A stretch of DNA of 63,651 nt, the filler included, from Octopus bimaculoides (lineage: Eukaryota), in the NCBI RefSeq assembly GCF_001194135.2. It is 6 parts of 6 records of this genome, joined end to end, with 100 filler letters (N's around TTAATTAATTAA, not from the genome) between each part and the next. Parts side by side here need not be neighbours in the genome. Positions count along the whole stretch, not along the records: positions 1 to 25,389 come from NC_068982.1; 5 more parts are not named here. One strand, written 5' to 3'. Below the pieces are notes generated by a model. The model had not been told where the DNA came from and searched no databases. It worked only from the letters and a program-made list of their open reading frames with translations. Below are positions 13,201 to 25,489 of the stretch, piece by piece. Position 1 is the stretch's first letter; each line of letters begins with the position of its first letter. The position numbers and the translations under genes were made by a program.

Positions 13201-14033
13201 ATAGGCACTGTAATTTATATGCAGACCGCTAATGCCCGCTCCAGTCGAGTCACTTCCACCTTTTGATTTTGCATGCTTCATAAAAGTTTCTTGATTGTCT
13301 TGTTGACAGCACACATATTTCCTGGAATAAAGGATCTCGCCACATTTATTGCACCTCTCTTTAACAGGTCCTCCGCACTGGGATGAGAACGTTCAATGTT
13401 AGCAATAAACATCGAAAAGAATGTGAGATACCGGGCATGGTTGTCTCCTCCGAAGCTGAAAAAGAGGTCAGGCATAAGGCAGAGGCACTATGCGTATATT
13501 GTAAAGTTGCTTGTCTTTACAGCTTGTAGAAGGCAAATTGTCAACCAAACATGATCAATGTATGACATCCAAAGCGCAGCAGTCTTTTCCATGTTGGTGG
13601 CCTGAGCAAATATTTTCATGAAAATTGAGGTATTCCTCAATGTATGAACAAATTTCCTGATCATTCAGTATTTTCAGTCTCCTTGTTGGGAGATGTTGCG
13701 AGTCTCTCAATAAAATCTCTGGAAGACTTTGGTAGATTTCCAAATGGTACTTCTTCATCCTGATTTTGTAGAAAAGAAGCCAGCACCAATCTCTTAAGGG
13801 CTTCCATCAGAACTTTGTGGCAGTTAAGAGAGCGTGCATAGTTCTTGACTGAAATGACACCCATGAAAGACTCAGATGACGTATGACCGGCTTCAAGTAA
13901 GATTTCAGCTAATCCCGTTCCATGGGGGTATTTCCATCCTCTTGTTTTTTTTTCTGGCGACATCAATTTTCTGACTTGTTAGATTCAGAGCTACATGAAA
14001 ATACCCATTAAAGTAAATCACAAGGGTGGTGCA
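10249..14033 (-). mobile_element. Academ-like DNA transposon, internally deleted, with imperfect ~88-bp TIRs
   Basis: Left TGCACTACCTTTGTGGTTTAGTTTAATGGATTTTTCATGTAGCTCTG...GAGTCAGAAAATTGATGTTGCCAG (10249-10337) is the reverse complement of 13941-14033; broken transposase frames lie between them. Confidence 0.75.
11332..13925 (-). pseudogene. Disrupted Academ-type transposase, C-terminal part including the XPG/PIN-like segment
   Basis: Fragments in order: GTGLAEILLEAG..KNYARSLNCH, YARYLTFF, AVNKTI, NNPF, EDGNAVF, SQEETDTHVILY..RSPDSDIF (EAD/SxDxD-type XPG motif), LSP..LEQHVRRSNFQTRIW, WTDGEVMP, acidic tail. Many stops and frameshifts. Superfamily assignment is from recalled motifs. Confidence 0.7.
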
Positions 14034-14046
14034 ATGTGACCCCCAC

Positions 14047-14049
<3 letters not shown>

Positions 14050-14118
<69 letters not shown>
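14050..14118. repeat. (AAT)n microsatellite
   Basis: Read directly from the sequence. Confidence 0.95.
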
Positions 14119-14119
<1 letters not shown>

Positions 14120-14280
14120 CACAGAAAATTGCACTACTGGGCACTGCACACATCCTACGCAAAACACTTTCAATACAGTAACCATAAGAGCATCACAGCA
14201 AACCACAGCACATACCCAAGGCACACAGAGCTGCGCTCGGTAGTGAAGTGAAAGCACGTTATAAAAATAAAACTACTAAA

Positions 14281-14403
14281 TAATAGTAATAATAATAATA
14301 ATAATTCTCTCTAACTTTGGTACAAGGCCAGCAATTTTAAGGGGAGGAGTTAGTCGATTACATCGACCCGTGTGCTCATCAAGTACTTACACTTCGACCC
14401 CAG
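14281..14403 (-). mobile_element. SINE family 2, 3' part
   Basis: Reverse complement GGGGTCGAAG..AAGTAC..GGGTCGATGTAATCGACTAA..CTGGCCTTGTACCAAA..(ATT)n. Confidence 0.7.
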
Positions 14404-14654
14404 GTGGGTGAATGTAGCGAGAAAGGCAGCGTTGAATGGGCCTACTCTTAGCATACGTTTGTAGGCTGAAAAGTACGGAAAACAAAGCGTGAACACTTGC
14501 TATAGTACAATTGGTGAGCAGGGAGATTCATTATCTGTGGGCTTTACTTGATCGCCTCGAGTGGTGTTTCCCTTCTATTGAGGATTTTCTTGTTATAATT
14601 CTCATATTAATTTTTAGTTTAATTGTTTGCATGTGATTATGTGAATCCCCCATG

Positions 14655-15005
14655 TCGACTTTGCTTTTCATACGCTCGGAGTCGATAAATTAAATGCCAG
14701 TCAAGTACTGAGGTTGATGTGATCGACTTGTCTCATCCCCAAAATGTCAGGTGTTGTGCCTATAATAGAAAGAATTATTATTAAGGCAGCGATCAGGCAG
14801 ATCGTTGGCACGCCGGACAAAATGCTTAGTGGCATTTCATCCGTCCTCATGTTCTGAATTCAAACTCTGCCGAAGTCGACTTTGCCCTTCATCCTTTCGG
14901 AGGTGATAAAGTAAGCACCAGTTGAGTACTAGGGACAATGTAATCACTTCCTACGCACCACTTAAAGCGGCTGTCCGTATGCCAGAATTAGGAAGAATTA
15001 TTATT
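14655..15005 (+). mobile_element. Two head-to-tail SINE family 2 copies
   Basis: GTCGACTTTGCTTTTCAT...AGAAAGAATTATTATT is followed directly by AAGGCAGCGATCAGGCAGATCGTTGGCACGCCGG...GTCGACTTTGCCCTTCATCCTTTCGGAG...GAAGAATTATTATT. Confidence 0.8.
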
Positions 15006-15449
15006 TATTATCCACCCCCGCCCTCTTTCCTTTTTCTCCTCTCCTACCCTTCTCTGAATCGGGTCTGTTGCACCGTGAGAAAGTTCGTGGAGGATAGCTT
15101 GTACTGTCCCTTTCTCTAGAAATGAAGGCAAGTAATCTCTCCACATAAGAAAACGGTTATGCTACAGGCAAATCTCTTGAGTGGAACAATGGAATAGCAG
15201 TTAAGAGAAATGAAAAAGTTAGAATTAATAATAAGGCCTCAGCTTGAATGTTGCTGTATTTATTTCCATCTTTCGACGTTGTAAATTTTGTTGTTAGGCC
15301 AATGAAACGATTAGTAGTCAAAAATTAGGGCCGATTAAATCATATACAGCTCTGCCCAAACAAGTGTGGTCTTGAACCAATATTAGAAATCAGTATTGTC
15401 ACCATAACAGTAGTTGGTGTTAGAAACGGAAGCAATATGCTTTGTCGTT

Positions 15450-15672
15450 TAAGGCGGCGAGCTAGCAGAATCGTTGGTACGTCGGGCAAAATACTTAGCA
15501 GCATTTTATCCGTCTTTATATTCTGATTTCAAATGCTGCCGAGGTCGACTTTGCCTTTTATCCATTCGGACTCGCTAAAATAAGTATCAGTTGAACACTG
15601 GGGGTCAAAGTAATCGACTTAACCCCTCCCCCGACATTACTGGCCTTGTGCCCCAAATTGAAACCAATATTC
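15450..15672 (+). mobile_element. SINE family 2 copy
   Basis: AAGGCGGCGAGCTAGCAGAATCGTT...GAGGTCGACTTTGCCTTTTATCCATTCGG...GGGGTCAAAGTAATCGACTT. Confidence 0.85.
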
Positions 15673-17468
15673 TTTGCAGTGTTTAGTGATGTTTTATATT
15701 TTGAAATCGAATTCCGGTTTTGTTGACTTATTTTTTTTTGTTTTTTAAATCAGATGCTGGGGATTATTTAATCGACTCTTCCTGTTTAGATAGTGTGTAG
15801 CCTTCGACTTCAGTTAAAATTATTATCATTGATATCATTAGAGTAATGCAGTGGCAGAATCGTTAGAGCGACGGAAAAAAATAAAATGCCTAATGATATT
15901 TATTCTAGTTCTTCACGTTTTGAGTTCAAAACTCACCGATGTCAATCAGAGTCGACAAAATAAAAGGACAAGGGCCATATTAATCTAGTAATTCTTTCCC
16001 ATCAAATTTCTAGTTTGTGCATCATTGGAGCAATGTATTTTCGAAATCGTTATGGTGACAGCTAAAATGGCCTTGCAGTCACTTTACGTCCTAGTTTTAA
16101 TCCTGTTTCTTGGCATTTCATACTTTGGTTGTCAATAAAATGATGTACCATTCGACTGCTGCAGTGATTTAATTGAATTTACCCTGTCACGAAATTGTTA
16201 TTAGTTACTGAAAACGGATGAGTAGATACTAAGCTACCACGAATTTACGCATTTTTCTAAAAGGAAATTTCAATCATTTTAAAAGTCTCCAAGCAAGGTC
16301 ATTCTTATTCAACATTTATTTTCTAACTCGATATCACTGTCTTCTTTCGTTTTTGCTTCAATATTTCCTCGCTCATACTCCTTCTGTTTGAAGTATTTTC
16401 CCATCCATTTTATTATCATTGATATACAGTCTCGCCTCCTGTCTAACACTTGCTATTTTTAGGGAGTTTTTTTTTCCTTTTTTTTTTTTTTTTGTCTTGG
16501 ACTGATTAAATCGGTAATCGAATGGTTAGCTTTTTAAAGTTCAATCGAAACCTAAAACTTTACATTTCATCTTATGTTTGAATTTTCTGTACAGCTTTTC
16601 TACTATTAGTACTTCTTTTGAAGTTGAATTTTACTATTCTTGTTGTTATTTAGCTCCGAGTCATCTGTGATTCAGTGAGTTTATTATGAAAGGTGCTCCA
16701 GTCTTGTATATCACGGTTGGCTGTGGTCTGAGAGTGTTTTGGACACATCATTTGAACACTGTTTTTAGGAGTTCGAAGGAACACGTACAAACTCCCTGCA
16801 TTTGATGAACGCTGACATTTCTGGGTTTGGCAATTAAATATAATTTTACATAAGAAAAACATGGTAGTCAACCAGAAAACGAAGATGTATCATCATGTTT
16901 GTTTAAATGCAGTTCTGAAAAGAAAAGTTAGTGCATTTTAGATTCTGTACTGGAAACTGTGGGTTCGAAATAATTAGAGTGGGGTTACATTTCTTTGGTG
17001 GGGTACAAAACAACTTCGATGAAGAGAATGTGCGCAGTGGGTTCAAAATTTGAAATTTTGGTAGATGACGTAAATTTTTTAAATGTTTGTTCGAACACCC
17101 CCATTCTCAAATTTCCCTTTCTCTCTCTTTCTCCTTCTCGAAGGAAAATACTAACTTAATTGTGATATACTCTGTTAGCAGACAAATTCAACGCATAATT
17201 CTTGAATCGACTGTCTGATCCTTAATTGGCTGTCAAGTATTTCTTTGAAATTCAAATACTTCGTTAACGATCAAATAACTAGCTTACAAATAAATATTAT
17301 ATCCAGTCGCCCATATTGATTTTATCATTGTATATTTCTGGTAAACATTTGGTGTATCTCTTCTAATTTACTTAGGGACCTCTAAGGCTTTTGTAATACT
17401 ATCGTATTGCGATAGCTTCGGCTTACGTGTACTTCTCATACTGACTTACTTGAAGATACTGTTCCACT

Positions 17469-17507
<39 letters not shown>

Positions 17508-17510
<3 letters not shown>

Positions 17511-17618
17511 GAGAATTTACGAAAAAAACAACAGACGAAGACAGGTGTAAACAACAAATGGATGTATTAGTTTAACGCTCGGGAATACAGAAAGTTTTTG
17601 ACGTTTCGAGCTACGCTC
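17508..17618 (-). repeat. Penelope-type short repeat with a partial hammerhead-like motif (cut by gap)
   Basis: Minus strand GAGC-GTA-GCTC-GAAAC-GTC; same family as 28152-28300 and 58150-58334; abuts (TA)n. Confidence 0.7.
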
Positions 17619-18064
17619 NNNNNNNNNNNNNNNNNNNNNNNNNNNNNNNNNNNNNNNNNNNNNNNNNNNNNNNNNNNNNNNNNNNNNNNNNNNNNNNNNN
17701 NNNNNNNNNNNNNNNNNNNNNNNNNNNNNNNNNNNNNNNNNNNNNNNNNNNNNNNNNNNNNNNNNNNNNNNNNNNNNNNNNNNNNNNNNNNNNNNNNNNN
17801 NNNNTATATATATAGTAGAACAGTATCTTCAAGTAAGTCGGTATAAGTACATGTAAGTAAGCCTAAGCTATCGTAATACGACAGTATCACAAAACCTTAG
17901 AGTGCCCTTAGTAAATTAGTAGTTTGACAAAGAGACCGGCAGAATAAGTAGTAACAGGTTTTTAAAAATTACTGGGATCGATTCATTGAACTAAAATTCT
18001 TCAGGGCGGTGTCCCAGCTTGGCCGAAGTCTAATGACTGAAAAAAGTAAAAGATTTATAAATAT

Positions 18065-18111
<47 letters not shown>

Positions 18112-18650
18112 CATGTATGTATGTGTGCATGTGTGTGTGCATATACATAATTATATATATAAATATAAATACATATGTATGTATGTGTGTGTATGTATGT
18201 ATGTGCGTATGTATGTATGTATACACATATGAACAAAAACGATAGGGGAAGTGAATGCGAGTGTGCAATGGGTGACTAGGTAACTAACTAGACAGACAAC
18301 TTGAAAGAGAAATCGACAGAGTACATGGAAAGATGTAAACAAATACTTTGTAGCAAACATAATATGACCATAATGGATTGTCTTCATCACAAGCAGTATT
18401 TAAACGAAGATCAAATAAGTTGGACAGGATTTTAAAGGAACACTAATTTACAATGCACGTGGTTTTGCAGACAGCCGAGCTGAATCGCCTTTACCAGAAC
18501 ACGCTACTCTGTTGGCTGGATACAAAGCTTGGCTCACGGTTCGATCAGGGCAGTTTAATGTGTCATGCATGCCTAATTACGTGAAATGAAATTGTTCAAA
18601 CAAAATTTGATTGAGACACGCCCTTTTCATGTCTCTAATATCTATTGTTC

Positions 18651-18682
<32 letters not shown>

Positions 18683-19214
18683 TGTATGTATGTATGTGTG
18701 TATGTATGTATGTGTATATGTATGCATGTGTATATGTATGCATGTATGTATTATATATATATATATACATGTGTGTTTGCGTATGCCCTTATGATGATGA
18801 GTGTCTCGCTGTATAGATATATACGTCCACAGGCAGAGGCACACAGACACTTACACACTCACACAGACACACACACACATACACACACATACACACACAT
18901 ACACACACATACACACACATATGCACATACACGCACATGCACACAAAAAGGTTGACAGTGACTTAGAAGTTTTGCTATATCAGCAATCTGATGACTACTT
19001 GTAAGCTAAAACTTCGAAGTTACAGCAGACATTCAGTTTAATGTTAATTGTTTTTATAACTTAGCATAAATCACACACTATTGCACGTGTATGCATGTAT
19101 TTATGTATGTATGTATGTATGCATGCATGTATGTATGTATGTATGTATGTATGTATGTATGTATGTATGTATGTATGTATGTACGTACGTAACTTTGATA
19201 GGTTTCGGCCAGTA

Positions 19215-20075
19215 GAGGCCCAGGCCATGTCTAATTTAATAGCGCCGCCTGGTGAAGTCTTTTAGTCATATATGGGGCACCATGGCCCACTCTAGCAAAG
19301 AGTTATTATTGTTGGGGACATACCCGGGTGTAAGAAGTTGGTCCAGGATTTTTTGAAGAAATTTGTCCAGTGAACTTTTGAATTTCATGGGATCCGTTTC
19401 CGTTTCGATGTGTTTTGGTATGGTATTAAAGAGAGCTGGACCGGTTGAGATAGAGTAGTTGTGACGTAATGTTGTTATGGGTCCTGAGTTCGATTTTTGT
19501 AGTGGGTGGATAGCACGGGGGCCAAGTCTTGGGTGGATTTTAAAATTTATGCCAACATCATTTGTGCGATATTAATGGAATATTTTCCACATCACACAAA
19601 TGATATAGCGTTCCCGGCGGCGTTGGAGAGAGTAGAGATTGAGACCACCCTAATAGTCAATGCTTGTCATGCAGTCAATCTTTCTTGTTATTGACCTCTG
19701 GAGTGCTTCCATTTTCATAATGAGTTGCTTCGTATGGGGAGACCACAGTGGACAACAGTATTCAAAGTGAGGTTGGGCAAAAGTAGAGTCGAAAAGGATG
19801 CTGGTAGGGCATCGCTAGACCGGAAAGTTCTCAGAATCCAGGAGCACATCTTGCGGGTCAAGTCAACCTTGCTGTTTACTTGTGAGCTCCAGCTCAGGTT
19901 GTTATCAGCAATTACTCCAAGCTCTTCGGTGTTGTTGAATGACACTAGGGAGTCACCCGAGGGAAGAGCATATGGTAGTTTGAAAGTATTCTTTTTCCCA
20001 AAGTGGATCAGATTAAACTTATCTTCATTTAGAAGCATATTATTTACATACCTGTCGTATATGCCGGTTTTATTT
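19215..20075 (-). mobile_element. 5'-truncated CR1/L2-type LINE fragment (RT C-terminus and 3' end)
   Basis: LLNEDKFNLIHFG..ELGVIADNNLSWSSQV..ILRTF, then PHLEYCCPLWSP and LYSLQRRRERY in adjacent frames; ends at a (TACA)n tract. Confidence 0.8.
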
Positions 20076-20189
20076 TTTCGCTTAAAAGGTAAATGATTCT
20101 GATAGAAGCAAGCATGGCAGTGAATAATTGTCCCTCATACATCTACGACCTCTTCTTTTTTTTTAAGTAAAGATAAACGCTTTTTAATT

Positions 20190-20643
20190 TCTCTGGGAAA
20201 ATATAAGGGTGATGATGCCTTCATTCCACGGATCCCATTAATCCCATCTGACCTCCCCTATGAATTTAAACGGCTCCAGTTCCCAGTCAAACTAAGTTTT
20301 GCTATGTCCATAAACAAATTTCATGCACAATCTCTCAACGTTGTTGGGCTTAACCTTGCTTCTCCTTGCTTCTCTCATGGGCAATTATATGTAAGATGTT
20401 CGTGAGTTGGAAGTCCCAAAACTCTTTTTCTTTGTACACCAGTTAAAGGACATAGTGAAGACATGGTATATTTAGAAGCTCAACAAAATTAAACTGTGAT
20501 TGATTTCAGGATTTGTCTTAATAACTTTGTTTATGCTCACGTCATCTGAGAGAATTGTTCTGAAAATATCATTTTTATCAGAATAAATATTCTTATTTCC
20601 CTTAACAGTCTTTAAACTTCCGAGCAACGCCGGGTACTTAGAC

Positions 20644-20646
<3 letters not shown>
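20190..20646 (+). mobile_element. Helitron 3' fragment (RepHel PIF1-helicase C-terminus and CTAG terminus)
   Basis: GKYKGDDAFIPRIPLIPSDLPYEFKRLQFPVKLSFAMSINKFHAQSL..VGLNL..CFSHGQLYV (PIF1 motifs V/VI); terminus CCGAGCAACGCCGGGTACTTAGACTAG followed by T. Confidence 0.85.
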
Positions 20647-20680
<34 letters not shown>

Positions 20681-21094
20681 TAAAAGAGATTTGTTATATA
20701 AGGCCAAAACAATATGGGAAGGTACAAAGTAAGCTACAAAAGGAAAATAAAATAAAACAAAACACTTTTGCCTTGTATTTCTATACTTCGAGATTCATCT
20801 GTACAACGACTTTTCCATCTCTTGCATTTTCCAAATGTCCTGAAGAATGCATCATAACTCGAAATATAGAAAAACAAGGTAAAACTGCAACTTTGTTTTC
20901 TGTTCTTTTCCTTTTGTAGTTTACTTTGTATTTCCTCGCATTGTTCCGGCCTTACACAACAAATCTCGTTAGAAGTTATACCACACAATGCTTTACCAAA
21001 ACTATCTAATGTTCCACAATTGACAGCAGTTATCAATTGTGGAATATGTATGTATGTTTGCGTATGTACTAATGACAATGTATTTATGTATGTA

Positions 21095-21400
21095 CTCAGG
21101 GGTACCCAAAAGAAACCGGAGTTTTGCAATATATTTCATTTACTTAGTTTTACACGTTTACACTTTTATCGCCTTCGAAGTATTTTCCATTTAAAACAGA
21201 GCATCGGTCCAGTCGCGTTTTCCACTGTTCGAAGCAGGTAGTGTTGGAACTCTTGTGAAACGATTGTCGTTGAACGCCTCCCTTGTTTTTTTCTTCACCT
21301 TTTCCACATCTGCAAATTCCGTAACACTACCTTTCGTCATCAATGATGATCTTCAAAAAAAGATCCGGATCGACTTCCAGCTGTTTTTTCAATTCACAAT
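21095..21400 (-). mobile_element. mariner-type transposon 3' end relic
   Basis: Minus frame FEQWKTRLDRCSVLNGKYF (mariner C-terminus); TIR-like CAGGGGTACCCAAAAGAAACCGG at the edge. Confidence 0.65.
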
Positions 21401-21436
21401 CTCTTGATCGACATTTCTCAATCAATCTGTCTTTCG

Positions 21437-21594
<158 letters not shown>

Positions 21595-21887
21595 TACATT
21601 TATATATCTATGCATGTACAAACACATTTATTTTCTGTCTACTTGAAACTGTTTGTTCTGCTGGAGGGAGTCAACATAAGAATTTTACACGCATGCGCAG
21701 GTGTGCAATACACACACTAGATAGTAAATATATTATGACACAACTACTCACAGATATCCGCTTCAGTATATATGCGTGTATGAACGATGTGTATGTCCAC
21801 GAGAAGATATATATATATATATATATGGTGGGGAGGTTCGTTCGTGTGTGTGTATACGTATAAATATATATACGTATAAATATATAC

Positions 21888-21955
<68 letters not shown>

Positions 21956-22132
21956 GTATACATACATCTATATATATTATTGATATGTGCACAATTATAC
22001 ATACACATGAACGCACGCAACGCACACTAACACACATATATATATATATATACACATACAGAGATAGAGAAAGAGATAGAGAGAGAAGCAGAGAGACAGA
22101 CAGACAGGTAGATAGATAGATAGATAGATAGC

Positions 22133-22168
<36 letters not shown>

Positions 22169-24186
22169 ATAAGTATAGCTCATTATTATAAGTATAGTCA
22201 TTATTAGCCATTCATGAATGAATATCTACAAAAAAATTTATTTTATCTTACAGATAAATATCGATTTGAATGCAAAATTAATGATTACTGAATTGCCTTA
22301 CTTTAATAGTCACACTGTAACAGCAGCAGTACATGTTTTACTAGAAAAGTCATTGCCTCATAGCAATCAATTCAGTTCACCACGTTCGATTAAACGATTT
22401 AATGAAATAAAATATAAAACGACTTACCGAAAATTCACTTGCTGTTTTGAGAAACTGCAATGCGAACATCAAAGTGGGCATGCCAGAATTTCATCACTTT
22501 TTCTCGACACATCAGTTTTACAATGAAGAGTAATTAGAAAGCTTTTTAAAACTGTCTTATTGGATGCGCGGGTATAGCAACGTCATTAAGAAGTTCGCTT
22601 CCACCTAGATGGTTTCGTACAACTCCGTAGCACCTTTGGTACGTATCATCTACCACAGCCTCAGCTCAAACATAGTGTTAAAACTGAAATTGGGTCGGCA
22701 GCTAACCTGTGCACTAGCTCATCGCAGGGAATGTTCCTGTTGTTATATTATAGCCTTAATTTGTTGCCCTGTTTAACCACACCACCTAGCGCAGTATGTG
22801 TATTTAATGGAATCCGCACAGTCACAGCCATTTGCTTCCGGTCGCTAGTTTAAGGATAATTTCCTACTTTTTTTACTCCCACCAGTTTCATTGTCATTTT
22901 TTCGTTAGCTGAGTCATTAAAAATAAGTTATACAGCAAACAACGCTATAGAAGTTTTTAAAAAGAAGCATATTGGTAATTGACAAAATCAATGTACGTTT
23001 TGCAGTTTATTCTGCAATATCTACCAACTAAACAGGTAATTGTAATTCGATTCTCCTCGAGACGAGTGTCGTTAAGTATCATGGCAGTACCTCGCTATTA
23101 AACGGGTCGAAAAGCTGAGTGAATATATAACATGGTTAATATAATAATCTGCAAACGTGTGTCAGTTTTATCCAATATTAGATTTGATCAAGTGGGCATA
23201 TGGTCAGAGGCGTTACTGCTCTTTTATACATCCAAAGTGACTTTAACTTTGGATGTATATATGACAAATTTATATTTCTGTTAATCGAATTTTTCAACTC
23301 ATTATATTACACATGTGAGATTCTACCATACGAAGTGTTCTTCTCTGAGTTATTTCCCGACGCACCTATATGTAAGGTGACTTCTCCATAATCACAGATT
23401 ATTGTTGCCCCCTTAAGCTTCCTCGTTGTTAATGGCATTTCTGACTTCCCGTCTGAGCCCTCCCAAATGACTACTTAATCCCGTTGCAGATCTGCATGCT
23501 CTGAAGCATAGGTGACAGACACAAGTCGTAATTTACAGTGCACTTCCAACTGTTTAGGTCTGCACACGCTGCATCTCTTCCATCGATATAGATTGAAGAA
23601 GAAATGCGATCACCACAAAGAAACATGTGCATGTTACTGGATTACGGTGACAGATGATTGGTAATCACATGAAACTTCAGGTTTTACATCAGTGTCCCGC
23701 TCCTAGGAGGTTGTTGTAACATCAACTAGGGGTCCTTCACTCCTGATGTTTTACTATGTGCCCTGGTACCAACTAAGAGTATGTCTACGTAGCCGCGCTC
23801 GAACATCACATATGTTAATTAATCCATATAAGAAACACTCACAGGTACTATTACCCCGGGTTTGAGCAGATCTGGGAAAAATAGTGGCTAAGAGGTTCCA
23901 CATTCCCCAGAAAGTTGGAACTCCAGTACCAAAGTAACACAACCTGATGCAGGCTGTTTGATAAGCATTCGCTTCCCAACCAAATGGTTCCGTGTTCAAC
24001 TCCACTGCGTAGCACCTTCAGAAAATGTCTTCTATAGCCACGCGTCGACCAAAACTTTGTAAATCCGGTGTAAATCTACATCCAAATACTGTATAAACAA
24101 ACATTATTGGGGATGTAAATAGTTACAAATGCGAAACGAGTGTGACGCACAAAAGATATAAAATACATCTTATGTTTATCATACCT

Positions 24187-24246
<60 letters not shown>

Positions 24247-25304
24247 GTGTGTATGTGCATGTGTGTGTGCTGTGAATGTGTGTGTGTTGTGAACATGTGT
24301 TTGTGCGCGTGTTTGTATGTATGGTCTATATGTGTGTATGCGTGGGTCTCTGTCTACGTCTTTGACAATTCTTATTAATGAAGGTACGGGAGAAAAAGCT
24401 GAAATTTAAGGTGACAAACATTTGAAGATACGCAATAGTTATTAAGCTAATCTTGTGAGTATGGCGACAGATCTTGATGTGCTTCAGTTTTGTGATACTT
24501 CCTCGCTAAAATATAGTCTAATCTGTCCCTCTTAGATCTCAGAAGGACTGAGAAAATATAGTCTTGTGTGAAGATTGTTATTGTTATTGTGTACATCTCT
24601 CTCTTCACATCACATATGAAATAAGTATGCATGCATATACGCATGTATGCAATATCTGTGTGTATGTGTATCAAAGCACCTTTATGAGTGTGCGTGTGTG
24701 TGTGTTATTAAAGTGGTGAGTCTAACAAGAGACACTTTGATTTGTTGACGAATTCTTCAGAGATTGGAGAAGTATGTTCTACTGATTATATACCGGTTTA
24801 CAGAGGAGAATGTGATTATGCTGATATAAAAATAAGCACATAAACGATATAGAAAAAATTCTTGAACGTAGCAAATGCATTTTGTTGGACTCACTGCTTT
24901 AATAAAACATGATCACAAACCGTATGTATATGTGCTGTAATTTACTTTTTGTTGATATAAGACGTTAGTTACCTGACGTATGTGTGTACATATATATTAA
25001 ACACGTTCGTGTCGAAAGAACTTCGCTTCGGAAATCTTCTCGGAAGAAGAATTCTCCTTAACTGTAAGGAGATATCAACGGACTGGCTTTTTCTTAGTAG
25101 GCTTTCAACGCCCGATTTGATATCCGTGGCTGATGAGGCATAACGATGGATAAATGCATGCGTCATACAGCGCGATGACATCGTTCATAAGGTCAGTGAA
25201 GTATTTGTTTCCGTATATGGAAAATTTTCACTGAGACAATTTTCGCAGCGAAGTTCTTTCCCCGTCCGAGTGTACATGAATGTGTTAAATGTAAGTCTAT
25301 CCCA

Positions 25305-25349
<45 letters not shown>

Positions 25350-25389
25350 ACATATATAGGTGTATGTGTGTGTGTGTGTGTGTATATAT

Positions 25390-25489
25390 NNNNNNNNNNN
25401 NNNNNNNNNNNNNNNNNNNNNNNNNNNNNNNNNTTAATTAATTAANNNNNNNNNNNNNNNNNNNNNNNNNNNNNNNNNNNNNNNNNNNN
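25390..25489. other. Artificial 100-bp scaffold-join spacer (also at 43618-43717, 53265-53364, 56513-56612, 59794-59893)
   Basis: Exactly 44 N + TTAATTAATTAA + 44 N at five places; the 12-mer gives stop codons in all six frames. Confidence 0.95.

Noticed and set aside
10240-14040. ATG as the TSD of the Academ-like element
   Set aside because: The candidate trinucleotides are out of register with the TIR ends, so no TSD is claimed.
16650-16871. 73-aa minus ORF and neighbouring unique-looking sequence
   Set aside because: No recognisable domain and no consistent splice signals.
25124-25160. CTGATGAGGC as a hammerhead core
   Set aside because: No closing stem II and GAAA follow at a workable distance.
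25434-25445. TTAATTAATTAA palindrome repeated five times as a possible biological motif
   Set aside because: It is always centred in exactly 44+44 Ns, so it is an assembly spacer.
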